A stretch of DNA of 40,988 nt, from the UHGV virus genome UHGV-0160030; one strand, given 5' to 3'. Position 1 is the stretch's first letter; each line of letters opens with the position of its first letter. Origin of the DNA: a virus. Below the pieces are notes generated by a model, which saw only the letters and a list, made by a program, of their open reading frames with translations, searched no databases and was not told the DNA's origin. Position numbers and translations under genes: made by a program. Shown one piece after another: positions 1-9,709 of the stretch.

Positions 1-575
1 CAGTAAATGGCGGCATGATTCGGCACCGATGAACCAAAACAGCACAGCAGCACATCGCCCGGCTGCGCCGCTGACAACGGCACCTGATACAGCCCTGTGG
101 CCTCCAGATTATCCAGATAGAGATTCTGGCCGTTACACCACCAGTCATCCTCACGATGAAAGTCCGGCATCTCAATCCCCGCCAGATGATAAGCATCCCG
201 GAACAGCGTGTAACAGTCCGTCGCCCCGTGCTCAAAGCGCCGCCCGGTAAGATGCGGCACACAGCGGAATTTATGAATCTCACCCCGGCAGACCAGCCAC
301 CAAGGCAAATCGCTCTGCACCTGCAGCCGCCTGTCAGCCTCACTCAGCCAGGGCAGGCCACCGGGGTGGCTGTGGACCAGCGCCACAATCTCACCCTGCA
401 TCTCTGCCCGCAGCCAGTCCTCCGGCGACATCCGGAAATACGCCTCCGGCTCACCGGAGATATTCACGCAGGGAAAATATCTTTCCCCTTCCGGCGTTCT
501 CACCACGAAGCCGCACGACTCCGCTGGCGCACATCGCCGGGCGTGCGCCAGAATCGCTGATTCTGTCTGTGTCAT
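1..575 (-). CDS. K: Tail assembly protein K, N-terminal 191 codons plus 2 nt (gene continues at window end)
   Basis: Minus-strand ATG at 575..573; translation MTQTESAILAHA... and ...AQPGDVLLCCFGSSVPNHAAIY match my recollection of lambda K; frame runs off the window start. Confidence 0.85.
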   Translation of the reverse strand, partial: MTQTESAILAHARRCAPAESCGFVVRTPEGERYFPCVNISGEPEAYFRMSPEDWLRAEMQGEIVALVHSHPGGLPWLSEADRRLQVQSDLPWWLVCRGEIHKFRCVPHLTGRRFEHGATDCYTLFRDAYHLAGIEMPDFHREDDWWCNGQNLYLDNLEATGLYQVPLSAAQPGDVLLCCFGSSVPNHAAIY

Positions 576-579
576 GGGA

Positions 580-1278
580 TTACTGCGAAAGTTTGTTAAT
601 GGAAAGGAAGCCGCCAAAGTTGCCGACGTTATTGCGGAACTTACAACCACTCAGGCATTTGCTGCATTTATCCTTCGTGATATCGGACGTCGGCTGGTCA
701 TATTCATCCGCAACCGCCGGACCGTGATAACCGCACTCATCACCGCGATAGGTCCAGGTGCAGGTGTTGGCCAGCATGGTACGTCCCGGAAAAACAGCAC
801 CATCCGTTTCCGTCGGCGTGGACAGTACAAAAGAGGCACTCACCGCGCTCAGTTCGCTGCACTGCTCGATGCGCCAGCGGCTGATCACCTCCTGCTCTGG
901 ATCGGCTTCGCTGTTTCCGTTGACGAAGTTCACCACATCCAGAAAACGGGCGTAAACCTTACGCCTGACCACCGTTCCGCCGACCAGACTCTGCAGGTCT
1001 TCCGCCATCCCGGTGACCATGCCGTGCAGATTAGAGACTTTCAGCGTTGGCCTTGCACTGGCTCCTTTGCCGTTCATCTCAAATCCACTTCCCTGAATGG
1101 GATAGGCCTGATACTGCCGCCCCTGCCAGGTGACTGGTTCACCTTTTTCGTTCTGCTCATTACAGAAGAAATAACGATCTCCGCCGACCTCTGTCAGATC
1201 AATTTCCCAGAGCACGACCAGCGCGGATTGCTCCGTTTTAGTGCACTCATTGAGTGTTTCCTGCTGTATATCCTGCAT
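580..1278 (-). CDS. L: Tail tip assembly protein L
   Basis: 232 aa, MQDIQQETLNEC...FGGFLSINKLSQ, near-identical to recalled lambda L; stop 4 nt upstream of K start. Confidence 0.9.
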   Translation of the reverse strand: MQDIQQETLNECTKTEQSALVVLWEIDLTEVGGDRYFFCNEQNEKGEPVTWQGRQYQAYPIQGSGFEMNGKGASARPTLKVSNLHGMVTGMAEDLQSLVGGTVVRRKVYARFLDVVNFVNGNSEADPEQEVISRWRIEQCSELSAVSASFVLSTPTETDGAVFPGRTMLANTCTWTYRGDECGYHGPAVADEYDQPTSDITKDKCSKCLSGCKFRNNVGNFGGFLSINKLSQ

Positions 1279-1577
1279 CAGTGAGTGACCTCTTCAAAGG
1301 TACAGTTAAAATCGGTATACATGGCATTATCCGAAATGCTCCACTCCCTGCAGACAACCCGGACAGTCCTGTTGTGTTTTGGCGGACGCCACAAAAAAGC
1401 ACGAACCCCGGCATGACGGGATAAAAAACTGTCCAGCGCGGCACGGGAATATTCATCCGTGACACGAAATACCGGTTTAAACGTTTTCAGATCTGCATTC
1501 AGACCACCAGCCCGTCGCTGTTCATATCCGTCACCGAACTTTACCGTAATAACAGATGGCTTTCGTGTCGTCTCCAT
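1278..1577 (-). CDS. M: Minor tail protein M
   Basis: Position between H and L; FGDGYEQR...FLW.PP motifs as in lambda M; start chosen at ATG 1577 (METTRKP...) because track ORF begins at an upstream non-conserved start; TGATG stop/start overlap with L. Confidence 0.75.
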   Translation of the reverse strand: METTRKPSVITVKFGDGYEQRRAGGLNADLKTFKPVFRVTDEYSRAALDSFLSRHAGVRAFLWRPPKHNRTVRVVCREWSISDNAMYTDFNCTFEEVTH

Positions 1578-1611
1578 CCCCTCGCGGGGGATCCAGTTAA
1601 AAACTTCAGAC

Positions 1612-4600
1612 TCAGGCACTGCATAATCCTCCGTCCCGACGTGATGACTGCATAATTGACACAACCCTGCTGTCGATCAGATCCACCAGTCCCTTGGCTG
1701 ACTGCGTATCTATCTCGCCATTGCTCCCTTTATTCTGAATACTGATGTGATATACGGGAGAATAAACAAATCCACCGCCACCATTCACATTGCCAATGGC
1801 TCTGACTCCAAGAGAGCCGTCCGCTGCCCGAGTCAGTGGCATGATAGCTTCAGGCCCGGCCTCGCCCATCAGCCCGGCACCTTTCGCAAAAGCAAAATAC
1901 GTCGGGGTATCCACAATGGTGTTACTGTAAGCACTCAGATTTGCCGATGTATAAACACCACCTTTTGCGTTTGCCACTGCACCGGAAAGCCAGTCGCCGA
2001 CTGTACCAAGCCATCCTCCGGCACCGGACATGCTTTTGGAAAGTGACTTCAGCCCGTTAACGATGGCAGCGTTCATCAGAATTTTTGAAACTTCCTGGAG
2101 AATTGAACTCCCCCAGTTTCTCCAGTCCACAACATTTCCGGCCAGTGCATCGGAAATATTTGATACCAGCCCGTCCATCGTGGAAACGACAGCATCTGCC
2201 GCCTGCGAAGCATAATCGGTGGCACTGTCTGCCCAGTTCGTCAGCCCCTCTTTGAGCCCGGCATTCCAGTTACTGCGTAAAGCATCAGCCTTTACATAAT
2301 AATCCTGCTGATCGCTGAGACGCTCTTCCAGATATTTTTTATTCAGCTCTTTCTCCTGTTTCCACAGGGCTTCTTCAATTTCTCCGGCCTGATACTGTCT
2401 CAGTAGCTCGTTATTTTTCTGCTCAAACTCCTGCCGGATGCTCCACATTTCCTGAAGTCGTTCACGCATCCGTGAGCCTTCACCATATCCCAGTAACTGA
2501 GCCTCATTTGATGCTCTGACACTGGCATTACTGTCCGCCAGACTGCTCTCATACGCAGCAAGCTGCTCACGAATCTTTTTCTGGTCGATAAGTGCTGCAT
2601 TCTGCAAAAGCGTTTTTTTCTGCGCTTCTGACAGGGTTGATAATTCGCCCTGACTGACCTGATATTTCATCTTAGCCAGTTCAGTATTCTGCCCTGCCAG
2701 TGCTATCTGTTCTTTTTGCTGTTTAATCAGCCGTTTATAAATATCCTCTGTTTTTTCCGCTTCGGTCTTTTTATGCGCTTTGGGTTTATTTGCCTGGTTA
2801 TTTCGCCATGCATCCAGTGAGTTATTTATATAATTCAGTCTTGCTGTCTGATACGCCTCTCCCACAAATCCGAGATCATCCGCAGCATAACCCAGGCGGG
2901 CACGCTCACGAGCTTCCCCCTTCAGGCGGGACAGAGCCAGTTCGCGCTCGCTGTTATTCAGTGCGGTCTGCTGTTTATCATCCAGGGTTGCCTGTGGTAG
3001 CCGTAACGGTACATTCACCAGCCCCTGTCGCTGCTGAAGTAATTCATTACCGAGCCCGAGAAGGCGATTAAACTCGGTATGCTGCCCATTCATGATCAAC
3101 AGGGACTGATACGCTTTGTTTTGTTCCGCTGCCTGTTGACGGATCAACGCCACCCGTCGCTCCTCCAGCCCGGCAAGCACATCCTGAATGGATTGCGCTT
3201 TGCCCTGCATTTGAGTGAGGCGAGACTGTTCAACTGCCAGTTGATTTGTTGCTTCTGCAAGCCCTTCTGTGACAGTTTTTACCGACGTCATGTGGTTAAT
3301 CATAAAACCGTTATCGGTTGTCCAGCCCGGGTTTGCCAGCACATACTGATAGCCAGCAATTTTTTCCTGTAAGGATTTAATCTTACTTTTCTGCTCGTCA
3401 ATTAACCTGTTTTGCTCCTTCAGTGCCTGTCGCGTCTTTTCCTCATTATCTGACGCTTCAGGAAGCGACATTGCCGACGTTTTCTGGCGAATTTCGTCGA
3501 TTGTTGCGGCATACTGGCGTGCAGATTCTCTGGCCTGCTCCTGATTCTGATACATCGTGTACCAGGCCGCAGCCCCCAGCATGACGAGTCCCGGCACACC
3601 ACCAACCAGCCCCAGCGCGCCACTTAATAAACGACTCCCCACTGACGTAACATTATTCAGCGTTGTCTGTGCCGCTGTTCTGGCCGCAATATTACGGGTA
3701 AGTGACACCTGGGCAGCTGTCAGCTTCGCTTCTGCTGCGGCCTGCCTTTCGGTACCGCGAGCAGCAACAACCGCCTGTTGCGCACGATAAACCGCCGCAC
3801 GCGCCCTGGCGGTTGCTATCTGTGTCCCCCGAAGTTGCACTTCAGCAAGAGCCACTTCGTTTCTGGCTGCAGTAATTAATCCGGCAGTTGCAGATCCAGC
3901 AGACGACGCCATATTGCCAAAATATCGGGCTACCCCGACGGCAACCAGAGCACCAGCAGCGGTTGCCACGGTGTCAATATTGCCTGCAATACCATTCAGC
4001 ACACCGGAGAGCGTCTTCGTCACTCCGCTTGCCTCGTTCGCACCACCAACCCAGGCCATAAAGGCGTTTTCAACTTTGGTTGCAGAGGATGAAACCGTAT
4101 CAGGCATTGCTGCATATTCATCACGCAACGCCCCAAGCTGACTAATCAGTGCAGGAACAACCTTATCGGCGGTCAGTTTTCCGTTATCCGCCATGGCCTT
4201 CAGATCCTTACGGGCAACCCCCATTCCCGCAGCCAGCGCACGAATAACACGATCGCCGTTCTCATTCACCGAGTTAAACTCTTCACCGCGCAGCACTCCC
4301 TGCGCCAGTGCCTGACTGAACTGCGTGATCACCGAACTGGCTTCTGCTGTACTGGCACCGGATAATTTCAGGCCCGTGGAGATCGCCTCGGTGACTTTCA
4401 GTACCTCCTCAGAACTGTAACCATACTCCCGCATGGAAGCTGCAGAACGGGCAAAAAGGCTGGCGTTATCAGAAAACGCCGTCCCCGTTCTCTGGCTGAT
4501 CGCCATTAATTCACGCTGTGATGACTGAAAATCATCACTGGACTGTGAGGCCTGCTTCAGACGGGCATTTACTGAATTCCACTCATCAGCGAGAGAAATA

Positions 4601-4857
4601 AGATGACCGGTAGCAAAAGCCCCGGCAAATGCCCCCGCCATGTTCAGTGCCGAAGATTTAGCTGTATTTATCTGATCCGTCACTTCTGCCAGTGCACGCC
4701 GCATTTCACGGGATGCAGCAGCGGACTGTCGGCCTCCGTTCTGCATGGTACGGTAGTAATCCTGCCCCATACGCGAAGCCCGGGAGATCTCTGACTGGAA
4801 TGACCGGGAATTTGCCGAGATTTTAATAATCAATTCACGTAATGTCGCCACACTCAT
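1612..4857 (-). CDS. H: Tail tape measure protein
   Basis: 1081 aa, coiled-coil rich, Gly-rich C-terminus, position between G/T and M. Confidence 0.85.
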   Translation of the reverse strand: MSVATLRELIIKISANSRSFQSEISRASRMGQDYYRTMQNGGRQSAAASREMRRALAEVTDQINTAKSSALNMAGAFAGAFATGHLISLADEWNSVNARLKQASQSSDDFQSSQRELMAISQRTGTAFSDNASLFARSAASMREYGYSSEEVLKVTEAISTGLKLSGASTAEASSVITQFSQALAQGVLRGEEFNSVNENGDRVIRALAAGMGVARKDLKAMADNGKLTADKVVPALISQLGALRDEYAAMPDTVSSSATKVENAFMAWVGGANEASGVTKTLSGVLNGIAGNIDTVATAAGALVAVGVARYFGNMASSAGSATAGLITAARNEVALAEVQLRGTQIATARARAAVYRAQQAVVAARGTERQAAAEAKLTAAQVSLTRNIAARTAAQTTLNNVTSVGSRLLSGALGLVGGVPGLVMLGAAAWYTMYQNQEQARESARQYAATIDEIRQKTSAMSLPEASDNEEKTRQALKEQNRLIDEQKSKIKSLQEKIAGYQYVLANPGWTTDNGFMINHMTSVKTVTEGLAEATNQLAVEQSRLTQMQGKAQSIQDVLAGLEERRVALIRQQAAEQNKAYQSLLIMNGQHTEFNRLLGLGNELLQQRQGLVNVPLRLPQATLDDKQQTALNNSERELALSRLKGEARERARLGYAADDLGFVGEAYQTARLNYINNSLDAWRNNQANKPKAHKKTEAEKTEDIYKRLIKQQKEQIALAGQNTELAKMKYQVSQGELSTLSEAQKKTLLQNAALIDQKKIREQLAAYESSLADSNASVRASNEAQLLGYGEGSRMRERLQEMWSIRQEFEQKNNELLRQYQAGEIEEALWKQEKELNKKYLEERLSDQQDYYVKADALRSNWNAGLKEGLTNWADSATDYASQAADAVVSTMDGLVSNISDALAGNVVDWRNWGSSILQEVSKILMNAAIVNGLKSLSKSMSGAGGWLGTVGDWLSGAVANAKGGVYTSANLSAYSNTIVDTPTYFAFAKGAGLMGEAGPEAIMPLTRAADGSLGVRAIGNVNGGGGFVYSPVYHISIQNKGSNGEIDTQSAKGLVDLIDSRVVSIMQSSRRDGGLCSA

Positions 4858-4867
4858 TCTCCGGACG

Positions 4868-4889
4868 AAAAAAAACCGCCGAAGCGGTT
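4868..4889 (-). terminator. Stem-loop (AACCGC-cgaa-GCGGTT) followed by U-run on minus-strand transcript, between T and H
   Basis: Read directly: plus strand aaaaaaaaccgccgaagcggtt. Confidence 0.45.
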
Positions 4890-4897
4890 ATGTTGAC

Positions 4898-5188
4898 TCA
4901 CTGAGACACTATTAAAAGCGCGTTTTCCAGTCCAGCAAATGGATCTGATACGCCTTCTGTCTGCTCCTTCTCCCACTGAAGAAGCGCATCATTCAGTGGC
5001 ACTTTGACCCCCTGCGCACCGTAAACAGCTGAAACAATCTGGGCAGCCCGGATATCAGCCCGTTCGTCCCCCAGCGGGCTGAACCTGTCAAATTCTGCCC
5101 ACATCATGATTTCTGATGCGGACATTTCCCGGCGTAACTCTGACAATGTGCGCCCCATCCTGAGCGCCAGCATCATCAGAAAACGCAT
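4898..5188 (-). CDS. T: Tail assembly chaperone frameshift extension (T-like segment, expressed as G-T fusion)
   Basis: ORF in -1 frame relative to G, begins immediately after the A AAA AAG slippery site; synteny G-T-H. Confidence 0.6.
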   Translation of the reverse strand: MRFLMMLALRMGRTLSELRREMSASEIMMWAEFDRFSPLGDERADIRAAQIVSAVYGAQGVKVPLNDALLQWEKEQTEGVSDPFAGLENALLIVSQ

Positions 5189-5199
5189 CCCCGGAAGCG

Positions 5200-5571
5200 C
5201 TACTTTTTTTTAACCTCGCCGGCATCACTGATTAGTTCCAGAGACTGCCGAAGAAGCCGCGCATGCACCGGGCCATACACGGCAATCACCTGTTCACGAT
5301 CATCCTCTGAAAATACAGGTTGCAGTCCGGTATCACACAGAACATCGATGAACAGTTCAACATCCGCTTCCAGATTTCGGCGGGCGCGCTCCGCAACGGA
5401 TAACGGTGTCTCATCATCTTTTGCTTTAACGATCTCCTGCCAGCGCAACCAGGCTTCTGCAGAAGGTTCCCGTAATACAACCGTTGCCCCTTCCCATTCA
5501 GGCACATCAACAGTTTTATGGCGAAACCCCGACATCGTTGCCAGTGCCAGATTACGGATATTTTTAGTCAT
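5200..5571 (-). CDS. G: Tail assembly chaperone (G-like)
   Basis: Position between major tail protein and tape measure; start at ATG 5571 preceded by AGGA; the track start at 5586 overlaps the V stop. Confidence 0.6.
   Translation of the reverse strand: MTKNIRNLALATMSGFRHKTVDVPEWEGATVVLREPSAEAWLRWQEIVKAKDDETPLSVAERARRNLEADVELFIDVLCDTGLQPVFSEDDREQVIAVYGPVHARLLRQSLELISDAGEVKKK
5203..5211 (-). promoter_or_regulatory. Programmed -1 ribosomal frameshift slippery site (A AAA AAG) at 3' end of G
   Basis: Minus strand reads gtt aaa aaa aag tag; shifting -1 continues into the T-like ORF. Confidence 0.6.
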
Positions 5572-5585
5572 CACATCTATCCTCA

Positions 5586-6290
5586 TTAACTGACGGTAAC
5601 AGTGCAGGAAGTAGAGGTCACTTTGTTAACCGGGCTTGCTGAATCAGAAATCTCGCAGGTATATGCACCCGCATAACCGGATACTGCCGATGCCTTACTG
5701 AACGTTGCCGCCGTCTGTCCGGAAACAGGAGAACCACCTTTCTTCCAGACATAAGAATAAGGCGGCACACCACCCGCAGCCTCAACCGCCATTTCAAGTT
5801 TCGATCCGGAAGCAACCCGCAGCGTGCTTTTTAAATCGACCTTCACTTTCAGCGGCTCTGTCGTCAGCACAGGTTTACCTTTCAGGCGCAGAGAAAACGT
5901 TGCAGCCACAACACCATTGGTTCCTGCAGACCAGGTATGCTGACGCACCTCTGCCATAAAGGTAAATCCGTTGCCTGACGGAAAAATAACTTTAAAGCCA
6001 TACGTGGTGTCATTGTCATAGGCACTGCGCAACGCGTTCTGGGCAGCATTGAGGTAAAAGTTGCCTGACATGGAAATCTCTGAAGCAGCACCAAGGCCGT
6101 TAATATTTTCCTGCTCAACAGAACACAGCGTGGTGACATCAATATCCTGCTTTTGTCCTGCAGTAAACTGCACCTCTTTGATTGTACAGCTCAGGCCAAG
6201 ATAGCTGGCAGAATCCAGGGTTTCTGCTGTTACCGGTGCAGACGAAATCATAATTTTCGTCAGTTGCGAACGCTCAAAATTAGAGGACAT
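5586..6290 (-). CDS. V: Major tail protein with C-terminal Ig-like domain
   Basis: 234 aa from ATG 6290 (MSSNFERS...) with GGAG upstream; position and size as lambda V; C-terminal Thr/Ser/Val-rich segment. Confidence 0.75.
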   Translation of the reverse strand: MSSNFERSQLTKIMISSAPVTAETLDSASYLGLSCTIKEVQFTAGQKQDIDVTTLCSVEQENINGLGAASEISMSGNFYLNAAQNALRSAYDNDTTYGFKVIFPSGNGFTFMAEVRQHTWSAGTNGVVAATFSLRLKGKPVLTTEPLKVKVDLKSTLRVASGSKLEMAVEAAGGVPPYSYVWKKGGSPVSGQTAATFSKASAVSGYAGAYTCEISDSASPVNKVTSTSCTVTVS

Positions 6291-6303
6291 ACTCGTCTCC
6301 TGA

Positions 6304-6328
6304 AAATAAAAAACCCGCCAGCGGCGGG
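6304..6328 (-). terminator. Stem-loop (CCCGCC-agc-GGCGGG) plus U-run between tail-terminator gene and major tail gene
   Basis: plus strand aaaataaaaaacccgccagcggcggg. Confidence 0.45.
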
Positions 6329-6349
6329 TGGGTAAAATCATTAACGACC

Positions 6350-6694
6350 TCAGGCTATTACCTGAAATTCAAGCGTGGCTCTGCTCAGACGGGAGTCAGG
6401 ATCATACCCCTGCGTTTTAGAAATAACGGAGGGTGCCAGTTTCCTTACTGCATCAAGCGCCTGCTCACGAATATCATCTGCGTCATCAGGTACTGTCGCC
6501 CAGACATCGATCTGCACGGTAATTCTGGATTCAGCCTGCCCATCAAGCACATCAGATGCCGTGTCAGACACCACAGAAAACACCAGCCACGGCGGAGATA
6601 CCGCAGGCTTTCCCTCCGTCAGCGGGACCACATAAGGATAAACCTGTCCTCCGGCCAGCTGAGACAACAGGGAATACAGTGTGCCCTCCCTCAT
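6350..6694 (-). CDS. Tail completion / tail terminator-like protein
   Basis: 114 aa; synteny directly upstream of major tail gene. Confidence 0.5.
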   Translation of the reverse strand: MREGTLYSLLSQLAGGQVYPYVVPLTEGKPAVSPPWLVFSVVSDTASDVLDGQAESRITVQIDVWATVPDDADDIREQALDAVRKLAPSVISKTQGYDPDSRLSRATLEFQVIA

Positions 6695-7140
6695 TTACTT
6701 AAGACCTCATCAATAGCCTGATTCATTCGCTGTATGGCAACCTGCGCCGCCAGCTCCTCTGTCGTATCGAAAGCCGGGCGAATGAATGGATGCGCGGGCA
6801 TGTTTATCGTTCCCAGCTCCACAAAGCGCCAGTAAAATGCATTTCGGGGATCGCTGGCTTTCATGCTGTTATCACTGTTTCCGGTTCGCAGGTTCCGTCC
6901 GCGAATGTGGACACCCGAGATAATTTCCCCCCGACGCTTTGAACGCTGAGTGAGAACAACCACATTTTTCTTCAGTTTCCCGGTTCGCTCCGGCGCACGT
7001 TCAACAACTGCATCCCGCATAACTTCAGCACCGGCACGGGTGGCATCGCGCAGAACCTTATTGTTTTCTGCCCTGCTGAGCGTCTCCAGATCCCGTGCAA
7101 TATCCGCCAGGCCGGAAAAATCAAGACTGAAATCCATCAC
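6691..7140 (-). CDS. HK97 gp10-like head-tail joining protein
   Basis: 149 aa; conserved-looking PAHPFIRPA motif; synteny. Confidence 0.55.
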   Translation of the reverse strand: MMDFSLDFSGLADIARDLETLSRAENNKVLRDATRAGAEVMRDAVVERAPERTGKLKKNVVVLTQRSKRRGEIISGVHIRGRNLRTGNSDNSMKASDPRNAFYWRFVELGTINMPAHPFIRPAFDTTEELAAQVAIQRMNQAIDEVLSK

Positions 7141-7475
7141 ACATTCCCCTTCAGGCTGCAGAGTATTTCAAGCCGGGTAGCGCGTGCATCCGGTATTGGT
7201 GGACCTTCTATACCCAGAATGGCCCCTTTAAATGCACCGGTCAGCACTTTCAGACGTGAAGTCGCTGTCACATCGCGCCGGAATCTCATCCAGACTCTGA
7301 CCGTAGCCTGAGCGGTTTCTGCTCCGCCTGAGATTATCTCCCTCCCGCTGATACCCTTAACTTCTGCCCATACGGTAGCTCCCTCCGTCACCGTCTCCAC
7401 CGGATGCCCTGACGGAGAGCGGGCGGTGGTGACATTCAGAATAATTACGCGATCACGTAATCTGCCCGCCTGCAT
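7137..7475 (-). CDS. Head closure / head-tail adaptor protein
   Basis: 112 aa; synteny between connector and gp10-like genes. Confidence 0.5.
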   Translation of the reverse strand: MQAGRLRDRVIILNVTTARSPSGHPVETVTEGATVWAEVKGISGREIISGGAETAQATVRVWMRFRRDVTATSRLKVLTGAFKGAILGIEGPPIPDARATRLEILCSLKGNV

Positions 7476-7483
7476 GTCTCCTC

Positions 7484-7801
7484 CTACAAAGGAATAAAAC
7501 GATAAGGCTCCAGCAGAGAAGAAAAACCAAACGGGACTGGTGCCTTGCTGACATCTGAGGAATTTTCCCGGTTTTCGTACCAGTGCCCGACCAGCAACAT
7601 GAGCGCCAGCAAAACATCATCAGCTATAAGCACCCCTTCAGGATCACCTTCCGGCACCGTCTCCTCATAAAGCTTACGGTTGATAAAATTTTCTGCCTTG
7701 CGGCAGGCAGCCCGGAAATACAGCATCAGTAACTCATCATCAGTTGCATCATCTGTATCAATACGGCACTGCGCCCTGAGTTTTTCCACTATTGCTGCCA
7801 T
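7484..7801 (-). CDS. Head-tail connector (gp6-like DNA packaging protein)
   Basis: Start at ATG 7801 (MAAIVEKL...) with AGGAG upstream; the upstream part of the track ORF overlaps a terminator hairpin. Confidence 0.5.
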   Translation of the reverse strand: MAAIVEKLRAQCRIDTDDATDDELLMLYFRAACRKAENFINRKLYEETVPEGDPEGVLIADDVLLALMLLVGHWYENRENSSDVSKAPVPFGFSSLLEPYRFIPL

Positions 7802-7834
7802 CAGAAACTCCTGCCCGCAACACTGTGCGGGCAT

Positions 7835-7856
7835 AAAAAAACCGCGTCGGCGCGGT
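7835..7856 (-). terminator. Intrinsic terminator-like hairpin (ACCGCG-tcgg-CGCGGT plus U7) immediately downstream of major capsid gene
   Basis: plus strand aaaaaaaccgcgtcggcgcggt. Confidence 0.55.
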
Positions 7857-7877
7857 CTGTAACTGAACAACGAGTGG

Positions 7878-9095
7878 TTATTTGCCAGTGAGCGCCTTGA
7901 TGGCTGCCACATCTTCCAGCACACAGTCAAAACGATGGAAAGCCAGAAATGCCACCTGATCAAACTCAGCATAACGCTCAACCAGACGTTTCAGTTCCAT
8001 ATAAGTAACGCGGCGAATGATAAAGCGGTTGAAATCCCCCAGGAAAATGAATTTTTTTCCGGTACCAATCCCGTCAATAGCCTGATCAATAACATAAGGG
8101 ATCCCCAGCACAGTAGCCGGCGTACCGCCTGCAATATCCGGCAGCCATAACGGGCGTTTCTGCCCATCCTCCATCTCTTCAATAGTCTGCAATGTGGCAT
8201 CATTGAATGCCCAGCGGTATTTCGGCCCACCACGATATGCCGGATCAATGGCATGTTTCAGGGCATTCATTTCTTTCCAGGTGAAAGCGGCAGAGGCTGC
8301 AGTCTGGATGGTTCCCGTCACCGACGCTGCCAGCCCTTTTGGCTGTAACGGTGATCCCGTTCCGGTCCCCTGAACCAGATATTTTGCCTCTCCACGACCA
8401 ATACGCTGGGCAATACGGTTTGCCAGATAAGATTCAATATCCACCCCACTGTCCTGGAGCAGCTCATTGGACACACGAATTATTTTTGATGACAGCTTTT
8501 TAGCCCCCAGAATAGCGGTCCCGAACGTCACATCCTGTTCCGTTGCGGCTGTATTTTCCGCCAGCAGTTCGCCCTCTTCAGTCGTGCCATCAGACGTTGA
8601 CCAGGTGATATCCTGCCCGGTTGATGTGGTCAGAAGTTGCGCCACACTGGCAATCCCGCCATAAGCCTTCATGGTGTCAATGATTTTGTTACGCATCTGC
8701 GTGGGCACCGTATATCCGCCCTGAGAATCCGTTGTTACACTCTGAGCCCGCAGTTCACGCATCAGATTACGCTCTTCAGCATTCAGTTCTGCAAATCCGG
8801 CACGCAGAAAACGGTTAAATGCCGCAGCGCGCTTCTCTTCCACCGCCTTTTTCCCGTTCTCCGCCTCATTATTCTGGCGCTCTTCCGGCCCGGACTCATC
8901 CACATATGCCTGATCCTGACGGCGCAACTCTTCTTCACGGGCGATTTGCTCATCCAGCGCATCCAGCTCAGCTTTCGCCCTGTTCCACTCTGCCCGTTGC
9001 TCATCAGTCCATGCGTTATCACCAATTTTTTCATGCAGTGCACGCATATCCTTTGCAATGGTGTTTCGTTTTTGCTTCATCTCATGAAGTTTCAT
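7878..9095 (-). CDS. Major capsid protein, HK97 fold, with N-terminal coiled-coil delta/scaffold domain
   Basis: 405 aa; N-terminal coiled coil (EQRAEWNRAKAELDALDEQIAREEELRR); synteny protease-portal upstream. Confidence 0.85.
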   Translation of the reverse strand: MKLHEMKQKRNTIAKDMRALHEKIGDNAWTDEQRAEWNRAKAELDALDEQIAREEELRRQDQAYVDESGPEERQNNEAENGKKAVEEKRAAAFNRFLRAGFAELNAEERNLMRELRAQSVTTDSQGGYTVPTQMRNKIIDTMKAYGGIASVAQLLTTSTGQDITWSTSDGTTEEGELLAENTAATEQDVTFGTAILGAKKLSSKIIRVSNELLQDSGVDIESYLANRIAQRIGRGEAKYLVQGTGTGSPLQPKGLAASVTGTIQTAASAAFTWKEMNALKHAIDPAYRGGPKYRWAFNDATLQTIEEMEDGQKRPLWLPDIAGGTPATVLGIPYVIDQAIDGIGTGKKFIFLGDFNRFIIRRVTYMELKRLVERYAEFDQVAFLAFHRFDCVLEDVAAIKALTGK

Positions 9096-9109
9096 CGTCA
9101 GTAGTATCC

Positions 9110-9709
9110 TTATGCATTAAGAAGGGTCAAAAGACGCTCACGCGCCATTCGTTCGTTAACAGCTTTCTTCAGCGCACCACTCGCCCGCGCTTCCTGCCAG
9201 GCTTTCATTGAGCGGACACCAGAGTCTGCGTCCTGATAGGCCGGATATGTCACCGGGCTGACGTCATACAGACGAGAAATGCGCGTGATTTCCCGGATAA
9301 CAATCCCCTCGTCGTCTTCATACCAGCTCTCTCCGTCACGGGCGACACGAAACGCGAACGAGGACTGATTAATGTCACCACGCAACATTGGAGACAGCAC
9401 CAGGTCACAAATAGTCGGAGTATCCGGTGCAACAATGTCATAACGTAAACCGCGTTCATCCACCGACAATGACAACGTGCCGGCAGAACTTCGTCCGAGA
9501 ATGAAATTAGGATCATGATTAAACAAGCCACGTACATCATCATTCAGTACATCATCAAAAGCCCCCGGCTTGATGATTTCACGAAATCCCCACAGAGGTT
9601 CTGAACGACTGTTAAATACCGAGCCATACCCCAGAATGTGGGTCGGGGCATTATCATATTGTTCCGCCCGCACCTCCCCGCTGTAACAGCGCGTTTCACG
9701 GTCATTCAT
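9110..9709 (-). CDS. Prohead maturation protease (HK97 family)
   Basis: 199 aa; position between portal and capsid; overlaps portal 3' end. Confidence 0.8.
   Translation of the reverse strand: MNDRETRCYSGEVRAEQYDNAPTHILGYGSVFNSRSEPLWGFREIIKPGAFDDVLNDDVRGLFNHDPNFILGRSSAGTLSLSVDERGLRYDIVAPDTPTICDLVLSPMLRGDINQSSFAFRVARDGESWYEDDEGIVIREITRISRLYDVSPVTYPAYQDADSGVRSMKAWQEARASGALKKAVNERMARERLLTLLNA

Noticed and set aside
156-1284. Plus-strand ORFs 156..560 and 574..1284
   Set aside because: They lie antisense to K and L, whose minus-strand translations match lambda proteins; treated as shadow ORFs.
1747-4794. Several 60-100 aa plus-strand ORFs inside the tape measure gene
   Set aside because: Antisense to a long, well-supported minus-strand gene; no RBS context examined that would justify them.
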